Positions 1 to 12,900 of a stretch of 64,000 nt of DNA are shown here, one piece after another. Source of the DNA: Sphyrna mokarran (Eukaryota); the NCBI GenBank assembly GCA_024679065.1, contig JAGIQG010000023.1, positions 10,354,001-10,418,000 on the forward strand, written 5' to 3'. Numbering within the stretch: position 1 is the stretch's first letter; each line of letters begins with the position of its first letter. A model generated the notes under the pieces. That model did not search any database. It had not been told where the DNA came from and saw nothing but the letters and a program-made list of their open reading frames with translations. The position numbers were made by a program, and so were the translations under genes.

Positions 1-208
1 TTGACAGAGCCAAGGTCAAATAAATCCCTAAATGTGTCCAAATGTTCGAGTGGAGTTTATCCAGCGTATCAGGGACATTTCCCAGTACGGATCACTGCAA
101 TAATTCTTGCTGGTTCAGACTCCAGGTGATGTCTCCAGTGACCGATCTCCTCACGTGTCACAGAATTCCCTTCAGCCAAGAACTGGGGGAGTTGCATTCA
201 GCAGAGTG

Positions 209-540
209 GAATCATAGAATCATAGAAACTCTACAGTACAGAAAAATCAACCCCCCGAGTCTGCACCAACCACAATCTCACCCAATGCCCTCCTCATAAA
301 TCTCTACCAACTAATCCCCCTTTCCTATGAATCCCAGGACACTAAGAGCAATTTTTAGCATTGCCAGTCGATCTAATCCGCACATCTTTGGACTGTGGGA
401 GGAAACCAGAGCACACGGAGGAAACCCATGCAGATGTGAAGAGAATGTGCAAACGGCACACAGACAGTGACACAGGAATTGAACCCAGGTCCCTGGAGTT
501 TTGAAGTAGCAGTGCTAACCACTGTGCTACCATTCTACCC
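209..540 (-). mobile_element. tRNA-derived V-SINE (HE1-like) with CR1-type tail
   Basis: Head ggtagcacagtggttagcactgct..gggttcaattcc, V-type core, ttctatga tail repeats. Confidence 0.85.
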
Positions 541-2689
541 TGTGGATGGAGGCGCACAGAGCCAATGACAGTGTATCAGTCTGCCTGATACTCTCGATGC
601 TCTGAATTTTAGGCTTGACATGGAAGCATGATTAGCAGCCTGGAGGCAGGTGTGGTATCCACTGCTCAAGCCTCTGACCCCAATTCCATTCTGGCCGGCC
701 AGTGGGAAACATGTGGGGAATGGCTCACTATTAACTTGTATGGGTGGCAGCAGGGCATATACCAGGTGTAATGAGGTTTCTGGGGGACGGGGGGATTTGG
801 AAGTGGAGACCAGGAAATTGTTGAGTCCAAGGCAGATGAGGAGTCTCTGGAGTTGTCCATCAGATGGCAGTTGTTGGATTTCCAACAAGATGCACAAGAA
901 AATGTGGAAAAGATCCCTGAACATCTGTGTCCCATTGTCCCTGCGTTGGGTGCAGCATGTGGAGTGTGAGCGCTGCATTGACCCTGCACTCTGAACACAG
1001 CCTCTTCCATAGAGAGAATGATGGCAGTCATGGACACATACTCAAAGGTTTCTGGGATTGTGTTCAGACGTGCAAGCCAGCAAACTGGCCGTGACCACAG
1101 CAGCTCACTGCTAATGTGAGCAATGTGTGAACAAAAGCTGTTGTTTTTAATACTTAGGTGATTTTTGTGTTGTTCTGTGAACTGGGTTATGTATCTTTAT
1201 ATGTGACTAATAACCTTCAACTGGGACTAGTAATCTGCAGGATTAAGGATATCAAAGAAATCTGGGTGTGCAAGATGCACTTGGAGTAAATCTGGCCAAG
1301 TTGAATTTTCAGAAAGTAACTATGACATGGATAGAAATTTGCATTAGGAGATAAAGACGTTTCTTGTGTTCAGCTGCTAAATTTAAAAGGGAAGTAAAAG
1401 GTTTTACAATTTGGAAAATGTTCTTAATAAATAACGCAAAGTTAATCCATTTTGTTTCACCCAAAAGTGGTATCATATGTTCTGAGAAATAGAAAATTTT
1501 AAGAAGTATAAGGAGAAAGGTAAAAAGATAAAAGAGAAAACAAGGGGACAATTCTCCCATCTCTCTGCACTACTCTATTCTGCCCAGTGGGTAGGCCATT
1601 TCGGGGGCTTCTTGCTGGACACTACGGCCTCCGGGAGTCTCCGTGTGTCAGGTTTCCAGCGCCGTCAGCTCTGCGTGATCTCTGGTGCAGAGCTGCATAA
1701 CTTATTCAACTTGTCATTCAAATCCTATTTAAGTATTATTAGCAGGATCAGGACTGCGATCTCCGGGGCCTGTTAACCCCTTCCCCACACACCAGCAGTG
1801 TTTCATTCCAACCGAGTTTATTATAGTCCAACCCTCCCCCCACACTTGTGGGGATCTGGTCGCCCAACCCTTCTGGAACGAAGAGGGGTGGGGGTGTGGA
1901 GACAATTGAGACCACCCCCCTCCCCCCCGCAAGAATGTGGCACTGTAATCTCCCACTCAGTCGAGGCCTGCACCAACTACACAGGCCAGGGCAAGGCTGC
2001 CAAGTTAATCAAGGTCTACAGGGCATCAGAGTCAGCCAGTTGCCTCCAACCAAACTGCCAGCAATGGGGAACTACTGAGACATCAGGCTCACAAATACAA
2101 ATGTAAGTCACTATGATGGCCCTCACCATTCCAGGGTATGCCCTGTCCCACCAGTGGGCAGAGCCAACAGAGGCAGCAGTGGCACAGTGATACATTTTCA
2201 GGAGCGAGTTACCCTGGGTGACCTCACCATTGGCTCTCTGCCCCTTTAATTGTGACGATACTTTTCCACATTCTGCGTCTACCAGCCGAACAAATTATTG
2301 TGAGATGATGCAATGATGTCATCCTCCAAACGTAATCGCCTGCAATTGCCAGGATGATCAGGTATGCCACACGCCCACTTTCAGAGAGTAAAATTCAGTT
2401 CAAATGTTGAAACAATATGTCACTCAGCAGGATCATTCATCACTATCTATGTCTTGGCAAATACACGTCCCCATGTCACAGGGTGGTGAGTAGTTATATC
2501 CTCAATTTGGAATTGAATCCTCTTCCCAGTTACTCAATCACAATTTCCTTTGACCCAGAGCCTTCTCTCTGTGAATTGAGATCCTTTTCTGACTGAATTC
2601 TGCCCCAGAACGTGTGTGTGGATAAACAGAGTTGGGGGTGTTTTTCTGCTGCACATCAAGGAGCTCTGATCTCCTCCCTATCAAACTTC

Positions 2690-3095
2690 CCTATCCCTAT
2701 ACTCAAATCCTCTCACTATGAAGGTCAACATACCATTTGCTTCTTTATTGTCTGCTGTACCTGGGCACTTACTTTCAGTCACTGGCACACAAGGACAGCA
2801 AGACCTTGTTGAATATCCACATCTCTCAATTTACATCCATTCATCTTATTGTTACCCAGCTGGATAATCTCACATTTATCCACATTACGTTGCATCTGCC
2901 ATACAGATGGCCATGCACTCAGCCTGTCCAAATCACACTGAAGCATCGCTGCATCTTCCTCACAGCTCACCCTCCCACCCAACTTTGTATCATCTGCAAA
3001 TTTGGAGATAATACATTCAGTTTCCTCTTCCAAATCATGTATGCATAATGTGAACAGTTGGGGTCCTACCACAGACCCCTGCAGCACCCCACTAC
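2690..3095 (-). mobile_element. CR1 LINE reverse transcriptase fragment
   Basis: QGSVVGPQLF..KFADDTKLGG..LQCDLDRL. Confidence 0.9.
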
Positions 3096-3096
3096 C

Positions 3097-3400
3097 TGGG
3101 TTCGAAACTCAGACTGGGGTTCGATTCCCAGCTCGGGTCACTGTCCGTGTGGAGTTTGCATGTTCTCCTCGTGTCTGCATAGGTTTCTTCCAGGTGCTCC
3201 AATCTCTTCCCACAGTCCAAAGATGTGCGGGTTGGATTGATTGGCCATGCTAAAATTGCCCCTTAGTGTTCTAAGGTGCTTCGGTTAGAAGAATTAGTGG
3301 GTAAAATATGTGAGGCTATGGGGATAGGGCCTGGATGGGATTGTGTTCCGTGCAGACTTGATGGGCCGAAGGGCCTCTTTTTGCACTATAGGGTTCTATG
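3097..3400 (+). mobile_element. V-SINE (HE1-like), CR1-type tail
   Basis: Core gtgtggagtttgcatgttctcc..ggccatgctaaaattgcccc, tail gggccgaagggcc. Confidence 0.85.
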
Positions 3401-3728
3401 GTTACTACGGTTACTACTAACTAACTACCGGTCAGAAAAAGGCGCATTTGTGCCGACACTTTGTTTCCTGTCTGCTGACCAGCTTTCTGTCCATCTCAAT
3501 ATATCACCTCAATCCCATGTGCTTTAACATTATGTAAATTGCACAGGCTGTCATCTCCACACACAATTAATTATAAAACTTGGCTTGGGTCAATACTATC
3601 CATAGCTCTGACTTTTTAACACCTTGCTTCCAGAAGTTTACATTCTTTCAACAATAATTACTTCAAGTGCTAAATGTAGCTGACAGAATTTCAGGTTCTG
3701 AGAAGCCAGACTTTGCAAAGTGGCTAAC

Positions 3729-3753
3729 TGTGGTTTCATGACCCCATTTCCTG
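3729..3753 (+). promoter_or_regulatory. Putative RUNX (TGTGGTT) + ETS (ATTTCCTG) composite element upstream of gene A
   Basis: Both motifs and their 10-nt spacing are conserved at 36006-36030 in gene B, while the spacer sequence differs. Confidence 0.5.
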
Positions 3754-3867
3754 CTGTCTTCTTCTTCATTTAATTTTCCGATACAATTTATTTTTGACAT
3801 TTATTTCAGTGTGAGACAAGGAGCTGGGGGACCGACGACAAGCACTGACCTGATCTCCAACACAACA

Positions 3868-3904
3868 ATGTGGATTTTGATTCTCCTTCTTTCCTCTCTG
3901 CCTG
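3868..3904 (+). CDS. Gene A exon 1, signal peptide MWILILLLSSLP
   Basis: acaATG start, hydrophobic leader, donor G|gtgagt (phase 1); same 37-nt length in gene B. Confidence 0.88.
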
Positions 3905-6900
3905 GTGAGTAACAGCCAGAGCTGGATAGTCAGATAATCAGTGTTAGTTTAACTCTAGTCGACAGGTTATATAAATATGTGAGAGAGAGAGAGAGATGTT
4001 TAAATATTTGGAGACCTGTAAAAGCACATAATGAGGATTTTTGTTGCAGTAGATAGAGTCTGTGGGGCAAATTCTCCAACCTCGCTCATAGCAGGGATTT
4101 TCCAATCCCATTGCAGCGAAGGGAGATTTGTCTGAGCTTCTGATTCCCCATCCTCTCTGGCAGTGGTGGTGGGACGTGAACAGCCTGAGGATTCTGGCCC
4201 TCAGTCTCCTACTGTTTATGGGAATGGAAGATGGGATGTAACGATGCCAAACAGGTTAATGGTCAACCTGCAAATTCTTCCAATACAGTGAAGGCCAGAG
4301 TGAGAGATACTCAATCAGCCATGTCTTGATGGGGAGAGGTGTCCCTTCTGCTACAGTCTCTGGATTCAGGCCACTGACCAGTTCTCGGAAGAATAAGGTA
4401 TTGGGAACAGGCATACACATTTGCTGTGTCTGCTTCATCTTTTTATAGATTTGGGAAGTTGTCTGTATTTAAAGGAACAAATACTCAGCAAATATAAATC
4501 GCTAATATTTGTAAGATTTTATACAGTAACTTCTTGTAATTATATTATTGCATCATGGAAATATTTAGCAAATAAACAAAAGAGCAACACGCATTGTGAA
4601 TGGGAATTTGAGGACAATTTAATTTTTAATTTTCAAAGAGCCACATTTTTAAAATGAAAGGCCTTTTTTGTTTTGTACTCATTTTTTATTTATGAAGGCT
4701 GCAGCATTAATAACCCCACAAATACGTCTCAATTTTATACAAGTTGAAAATAGGGGCAGCACGATGGCACAGTGATTCTCACTGCTGTCTCACAGCATCA
4801 GGGAGCCAGGTTTGATTCCAGGCTTGGGTGACTGTGCAGAGTCCACATGTTCTCCCTGTGTCTGCATGGGTTTCCTCTAGCTGCTCTGCTTTTCTCCCAC
4901 GTTCCAAAAGATGTGCTGGTTAAATGCATTGGCCGTGCTAAAATCTCCCTCGGTGTACCCAAACAGGCACCAGAATGTCATGCCAAGGGGATTTTCACAT
5001 TAACTTCATTGCAGTGCTAATGAAAGCCGATTTGTGACTAATAAATAAACTTCAGAGTTGATGAGATATTATTTTATGAACCTCTGTCAGTGTCACTGAT
5101 CCTCACTGGCAGATGATTGATCTATATTACTATTCCCATAAACAATCTTTTTCTTCTAATTGTTTTAGTTATTTGTGCTGCCCATTTTAATATGACAAGA
5201 TTACGCTGTAGTGAGGTTTTGGCTAATGACCTCGATGCCATTAATGATGAAATATAATTTCAAATGAATGCGGTTACACTCCCAGTCCCAGCTACACTCA
5301 GCCTCTCTGTTAACTCATCTCTAATATTTCCTGGATCTTATTTCTCATATCCTCGAGCTTTATCTCTAGTTCTTTAATTGTCTTGGAATACCCCCCCACC
5401 CCTGTCATTTATTGTAAACTCTTTCTGAAATGTCAACCATATTGCTGTGGATCTGGAGTCACATGTAGGCCAAACCGGGTAAAGAGGGCAGATTCCCTTC
5501 CCTTAAGGACATTAATGAATCAGATGGGTTTTTATAACATTTGACAATGCTTTCATGGTCATCAGCAGATTCTCCATTCCAGATTTTTTATTATTGAATT
5601 TAAGTTCCAACATCTGCAGTGGTGGGATTCAAACCCGAGTCTCCAGATCATTGGCAGAGTTTCTGGATTAATTGCTTAGCGATAATACCACAAGACCATT
5701 GCCTCCCCTTAAGTATGAGTATGAAAGTCAGCTAGCAGTGAACATAATCACTGACTGTGAAAGTTTCTATATGTAAAGATATGTATAGAGAAAAAGATTG
5801 ACTAAAACAAATGTCGGTCCTTACAGTCAGAAACAGGAGAGTTCATAATGGGGAATAAAGTGACGGCTGATGAATTAAATTTGTACTTTGCTCCAGTCTT
5901 CATAAAGGAAGATATGTATAATGTAGCATAGGTTCAGAGAGAAACATGTTTAAGTGAGAAACTGGAGGAAATCAGCATTCGTAGACAAATGGTTTTGGGG
6001 AAATTGATAGGATTGAAGGTGGATAAATCTCCAGGTCCTGATAATCATCATCTCAGAGTTCTTAACAAAGTGCCCAGGAAATAGTAGATCCATTAGTGAT
6101 CATTTTCCAAAATTCTTTAGATTCTGGACTGGTTTCTACAGATTGGAGGATAGTTAACATAAGCCTGCAGTTCACAAAGGGAGTAAAGAGAAAACAGGGA
6201 ACTATAGACCAATGAGACTAACATCAGTATTGGGGAATTTGCTAGCATCGATTATCAAGGATTTCATAACTTGGCATTTGAAAGGCAGTGCTATCAGACA
6301 AAGTCAGCATGGATTTACAGAAGGGAAATCATGCTTGATGAAGCTATTAGAATTCTTTGAGGCTGTAACTAGTACATTTGGCTGAGGAGAACCAGTGGAT
6401 GTGGTTTATTTAAGCTTTCAAAAGACTTTCGACAAGGACTCACATAACCTACGAGTTTGTAAAGTTAAAACACATGGGATTGTAGGTTGTCTTGAAATGG
6501 ATAGAAATCTGATTAGCAGATAGGAAGCAAAGATTTATTGGCAGTCAGTGACTAGTGGGATGTGCAGGCATCTGTGTTTGTACCCCAATTGTTCACATCA
6601 TATATTAATGATTCTGAACAGAGAACTGAATGTATTACCTCCAAGTTTACAGGTGATATAAATTTAGAAGTACGGTGAGCTGTGAGGCGGATACAGAGAT
6701 GTTTCAGCTTGATTTGGACAGGCTGAGTATATCAGCGTCTACATGGCAGGTGCAGTATAACGTGGATTAATGTGAGGTTATCCACTTTGATAACAATAAT
6801 AGGAAGATAGATTATAACTTGAATGGATGTAAATTGAAAGATGTGGATACTCAGTAAGACCTTAAAGTCTTCGTCTATCAGTCGCTGAACGTAAGCGTAC

Positions 6901-9900
6901 AGATTACAGCAGGCAGTAGAGAACGCCATCATATCGAGAGGATTTGACTATATTGTTTGGGGTGTTTTACTGTAATCGTGTAGATGAGGCCACACCTGGA
7001 GTATTGTGTGCAGTTTTGGTGGAATGATGTCCTTGCTGTCGACGGAGTACAGCAAAGGTTCACCAGGCTGACCTGTGGGATGGCAGATCTGTCATATGAG
7101 GGGAGAGTAAGTCAGTTAGGTTTATATTCACTAGAATTTAGAAGACTGAGAGGGGGTCTCATAGAAACTTATAAAATTCAAACAGGATTAGAAACAGTAA
7201 ATTCACTGAGAATGTTCCCAATGATGGGGGAGCCCTGAACTAGGAGGTCATAGTTTAAGGGGTAAATATTTTCAAACTGAGGCGAGGAGAAATTTTTTCA
7301 CCCAGAGGATGGTGAACGCAGAATTCACTCCCACAGAATGGAATTGAAGCCAAAATATTTTAAGAAGAAATTGGATATAGTTCTTGGGGCTAAGGAGATC
7401 AAACGGATATGGGGGGAAGAGGGAATCAGTATATTGAACTCAATGATCAGCAATGATCAAAATGAATGGTGGAACAGGCTTGAAGGGCCGAATGCCCTAC
7501 TCCTGTTTCTAGTTTCTATGTTTCTTCGGTCCTGCTCAGTGATCAGTCTCCAAGTTTCTGAATCTCCTCTGGCCAATCCTCAATCTCTTTCCTTTCTATG
7601 TTTGTCAGTAATGTTCTCATCATCTCCAATTCATCCTACAGTACATGTTATAGCAACAAAGTTGAGAAGATGGAAAATGTGCTGAATCCTCACACAACAC
7701 GACACTTCCAGTTTTCCGCGTTCCCTTCATTGCCCTATCATCCTCCCAAGACCTCTCACCACTCCCAAGACACTCCACGACAAACAAAAAGGACTCTGTT
7801 TTCCCAAAGTCACCCAAACCTCCCCCTGATTTCCACTCACCTCCCCAGGAAGCATCTAACTCCCGACAGACCTCCAGCTATTCCCTAAGGTTACCCATCA
7901 CCAAGGCCTGCAAAAATCAACCCTGCGACATTCCCAATCCATCCACAATCTGAATATCCCTTCTTGCCAGCATCAAATTCATGTCTAACTCTCAACGCAC
8001 CGACTGGTAGTGCCGCAAAATTCTCAGGTCTGCACATGGGTCTAAAAGTTAAAGTTTATTAATTAGTCACAGGTCTGGCTTACATTAACACTGCAATGAA
8101 GTTACTGTGAAAGTTCTCTAGAAACCACACTCCGCACCTGTTCAGGTCAATGCACCTAACCAGCACGTCTTTCAGAATGTGGGCAGAAACCAGAGCACCT
8201 GGAGGAAACCCACACAGACACAGGGAGAATGAATAAACTCCACACGAATAGTGATCCACACCGGAAATCGAACCCAGATCCCCGGCACTCTGAGACAGCA
8301 ATGCTAACCACAGTACCATCTCATGTCTATTTGTGTGTGCAAAATCTTTTGATGAAGTCACACACTGAGTGAAAGCCCACAGTGTGAGGCAGAACTTCAA
8401 TTTCTAGCTCCCTTACACTCTCCCAACTCCTACCTGTGAGTCAAGAAAATACCCCAAAATGTTTCAAAAGGAAAACATTGGCTGTGAAATACTTTGGGAG
8501 ACGCTGAGATTGTGGAAAGTCTCTATTTAAATGGTTATGTTAATCCGCATGGAATTTAACTCAAGAATGTACGTATTTGAATGAAGTAATTATTTCCTCT
8601 TCAATTTCTGAAATGTTGTCTCCTCAGTTTCAGGTGCATTGTGGGCAGAAACAAAAGTGACAGGAATTGTGGGAAGAACGATCACAATAAATTGTCACTA
8701 TGATGCAGGGTACGAGTCATATGTTAAATATTGGTGTCGCGGCTATTCTCGCCAGTGTAAGGTTGTAGCAAAGACATATTGGCAAAAGGGCAGAATATCA
8801 ATCACAGATGACAAGACACGAAGAGTATTTGTTGTCACTATGAAGGATCTTCGCTCAGGAGATGGAGGATGGTACAACTGTGGGATTGAACGAGCTGCAC
8901 TTCTCGATCCAATGTGTGCTGTCGAGCTTCAAATATCTTACGGTACATTTCTCAATGATTATCTTTATTCACCTCGACTGAAATGTTCGATCCATGTTTT
9001 ATCCGTGGGGAAACATAGACAACTGCGATATTCCGAGCAGTGCAGAGTCTGGTAGCTGGAAGGCAGAGATCGGGAAAACTGACTTACGTTACATAAATCC
9101 AATGTCAGGAGCTCGCATTCAGAAAAAAAGAAAAATTCAGACAATAACAACAGTTTTGTGGTCACCAGTAGATTCTATATCCCTGTTACTTTTTATTGAA
9201 TTCAAATTCTGCCATCTACCATGACAGGAATCAAACCCAAATCCCCAGAACATTCACTAAGTTTCCAAACACTCCAGCAATAATACCATTAGACTATCAC
9301 CTCTCCTATGGAATCCCTCCAAAGAATTGACCAAGATCCAGAGGCTTCCTGATATAATGAGTGACTCAAAATACTGAGGTCAGCCAAACAGAGTCCAATT
9401 TTACAAGTGAATTAATCTGGAGTTGTCATATTGTTTAGATGGTAAAAGCAGCCTCTTTAATAATTGTTGAGACATTGACCTCGATTTTCATTCCGGAGGC
9501 AGGTAGGGAGAATATGGAAAATTCCCAACTCAACCTGCCCTCCTCAGGAAAAACAGTCCATAAATGACAAGATTGTTATTTCTACAGGGGAGCAGGGGTG
9601 GGGGGTGTTTATTGTGGACTGGATACAGGCCAGCCAGCACAGGAAGATAGGCACAGAGAGCCAAAGTTTAAAAAGTTTATTTATTAGTCACAAGTAGGCT
9701 TACATTAATACTGTATTGAAGTTTCTGTAAAAATCCCCTAGTCACCACACTCCAGCACCAGGTCAGCCACATTGAGCAAGAACTTAGCATGGCCATCGTG
9801 GCGAACTAGCACATCGATCATAATCGGTTGGATTTAAAACTGGTGTTGCAGACTTCTTACTGTCAGAAGAAACCAGAGCACTTGGAGGAAACCCATGCAG

Positions 9901-12900
9901 ACATAGGGAGAACGTGCAAACTCCACATGGACAGTGACTCAAACCAGGAATCGAACCCAGGTCCCTGGCATGGTGAGGCAGCTGTGCTAACAACTGTGCC
10001 ACGTGGTGTGGTGACAGGCTGTTTAAAATGTTCCCCCTCATGTCATGGGAATTTGTCCCAAGAAAAACCAAGGGCCTTCCATCCGTCATCCCTCACAGCC
10101 CACAAAAGATGTGGATGGATGGGAAGGGATTGGCGGGAAGGGGCATTGGGGGCATCGGGATTAGGCAAAAGGGCAGAACACAGCTCTGACTGGGTGTGGA
10201 TAAAGGAGTATTTGCTTCATGAGAGGACATGGAGGGCGGCAGAGAGGTTGAGGAGGACCTTTTTCTTAACTTTTCTTAACTTAAAACAAGTTGGTGAAAA
10301 TCCCACTCATTATCCTGCGCAAACCTTCGGATCAAAGTCAAAGTCATTGCTATTTTCAAGGGGCTTCTTGATTTTGTTCTTGGGTAATGTTTTGATTTTA
10401 AGAGCCTCTACTTTGAATTTTGAATGTTCATTTTTCATTCTGATTTACTCCTTTACTTAGTGATGGAATTGTCAGATTAGATTCGGAATTCATGTTCGTT
10501 TTTAGAGTTTCTTCCTTTCGCGAATGTGTGTTGACATAAAATTGAACATTTTAATTAACTCCAAAGATAAGATAATACTTCATCATTTATTGTAAATGAA
10601 TCTCCCTTTCTTGATTTCCAAACTGAAGACTCTAGATATTCGCCAGAAGTAACTGATTAGGAATGATTCTCAGATGTACAGCGGGAGAGCAGGAGGTGAA
10701 AATGATTACAGATCTTCATAGAATCCCTACAATATAGAAAGAGCCCATTTGGCCCATCGAGCCTGTAACAACCACAATCCAACCGCTATCCCTATGTCCC
10801 CCCATGTTTACCTTGCAAATCTCGTGATACTGGCCATAATCAACCTAACCTTTGGTTCATGGGGGGAAATGCAGCACCGGGGTGGGGGGGGGGACATGCA
10901 AGATGCGGAGAGAATGTGCAAATTCCATACAGACGGTGACCCAAGCCAGAATCAAACCTGGGTCCCTGGCATTGTGGAGCAGCAGTGCTAACCCATACAG
11001 GTGTTGTAACTCCTGCTCCTGAATGAGAAGATATTTTCTCTAAGTTGCTAAAATTAAACATATTGTAGAAAGATTTTGTCTGTTGTGCGGTTTGACAATG
11101 CGACAGACTGACTGACTGACATTCTATTTTCACTGTCCAAGATCAGTTTATGTTTCTGCTGTCTAACTATGTGCTGCATCTCTCTTTGGAAAGCTGGTTT
11201 GAAGATGTAACATTTGACAGTGCTTATAGCAAATCCCCTCATTATTACAAAAATAGGAAAATGCTGGAAAATCTCAGCAGGTCTGACAGCACGTGGAGAG
11301 AAAATAGCACCAATGTTTCGAGTGCAGATGACCCTTGGTCAGAGCTGGCTAAAGGTCATCTAGGCTTGAAATGTTGGTTCTATTCTCGCTCCACAGATGC
11401 AATCAGATCTGCAGAGATTTTCTAACACTTTTCTGTTTTTGATTTCAGCATCTGCAGTATTTGCTAATATTCCGTGTCAAATGAGAGAATTTCGGATTTA
11501 AAAAATGGGTCTTTTGCAATCAGCAAAGTAGATTGAACCCATTCCGCTTTATCGAAATTAAGTTAATGAGAAGCTGATGGTCTCTAATTTTGTGTTTTAT
11601 TAATTTTATTGAAAAACTGCCCATTTAACGAGGTGCTTCGAGATTTGCAAAATAGTTGCAGAGGTTTTATCGTAGAGAAGGCGAAACAATAAAAACTCAC
11701 ACAATTCTGATCATCATTGATTTACGTTCAAAACTCATCAGCTGCCCCACTACACCAGCAGTGATCAGCTCAGAGCAGGACCCTATATATTGTTTGAGAG
11801 CATTATGCAGCAACAAACAATATTAAGAATAACAATAGTGAATAACGTAAAGCTGGACAAATGTATCTCAAAATCTCATGTGACGTGTGATAAGTGACTG
11901 AGTTTGCAACACCTGTTTCCTGTGCCGTACACCAACCTTTTTCCAACTCACAACCGAAAATATGTACTTCCTCATCGCAATAGAGAGAGTTCCAGACACA
12001 TAGGGTGTAATCTTACTGCCATGCTCTCACTGCAGCGGGATTGGAAAATCCTACTGGTATGAGAAGTTGGAAAATTCCGGTCATAATTCCGTTCCCGGAC
12101 TCACGTCTCATCAGATCGCAAGATTAATGGTACGGTGATCGCATGATAAGAGTGGATGTACGTCTCTCTTTTTCTCACAATTGATTACAACAGCTTTGGA
12201 AATTTAAAAGGATGAATGTGCCAATTTAGTTTAGGAGCTTTAACTTTTCACATGCTGATTACAACGAAGTCAGTCAGTTTCCATAATTTCTATAGGAAAT
12301 TTAGTTTACTGGAAATTGATGGTCTTTGGTTTTGAGTTTTAATAATTTTATTGGAAAACTGCCCTTTTCAGCAGATTTACTAAGTAAGTATAAATTTTCT
12401 ATTGTACAGGAAGGTGCAGCAATAAAAACTCACACAATTCTGATCATCATTGATTTATGTTCAAAACTCAAAAGGAACTGTGCGGACAGTTAACACGAGG
12501 AAGAAATTTCCCAATGGAGCTTCATAAAGTGTCATTGACATGCCAACTGAGGTTTTCAGTTAGCAATGCAGACAGGCCACACTGTCCGGTCAGGAATCAG
12601 GGTCAGGCAGCTGTGGGATTTTCAAGAATGAAGTAAACTCACCTGGGTTTGCCCCTCTCTGTCTCCATTCTCAGATCAGCAAGTCCCACCTCAGCCAGGT
12701 GAGACCCTCCAGCACCAGGATCCCACCCACTCTCCCTGATTGGTTAATGAGCTTGTCCCTGGCCTTTAATTGGCTGGAGCATTGGAAATTGCAATGAGCA
12801 TGCCTAAAGTGTGACGTGCGGCATCTGGGCCCAGACTCTCTCCCGTTTCCCATTCCCAAACCCTGATTAAGTATTTTCTTCATTAATTCATTCATTCACC

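Noticed and set aside
650-994. YPLLKPLTP resembling a Harbinger transposase motif
   Set aside because: No other transposase motifs in frame
8378-8384. RSS-like heptamer CACAGTG upstream of both V exons (in gene B within an 11-bp inverted repeat at 38828-38858), suggesting rearranging V segments
   Set aside because: No nonamer at a 12- or 23-nt spacer, the heptamer is on the wrong side of the V exon, and the V exons already include the G strand and a splice donor
8628-8942. Calling the genes PIGR, FCMR or a specific CD300 ortholog
   Set aside because: A single V plus C2 and a multi-ITIM tail fit none of them exactly; orthology needs phylogeny and synteny
8943-9055. ORF-track extensions beyond the exon ends (also 39425-39633 and 47784-47938)
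   Set aside because: Read-through past good splice donors; the extensions are not conserved as protein between paralogs
9828-10460. 210-aa ORF and many 60-150 aa ORFs with VAQWLALL or HLEETHAD motifs
   Set aside because: Chance translations of SINE copies
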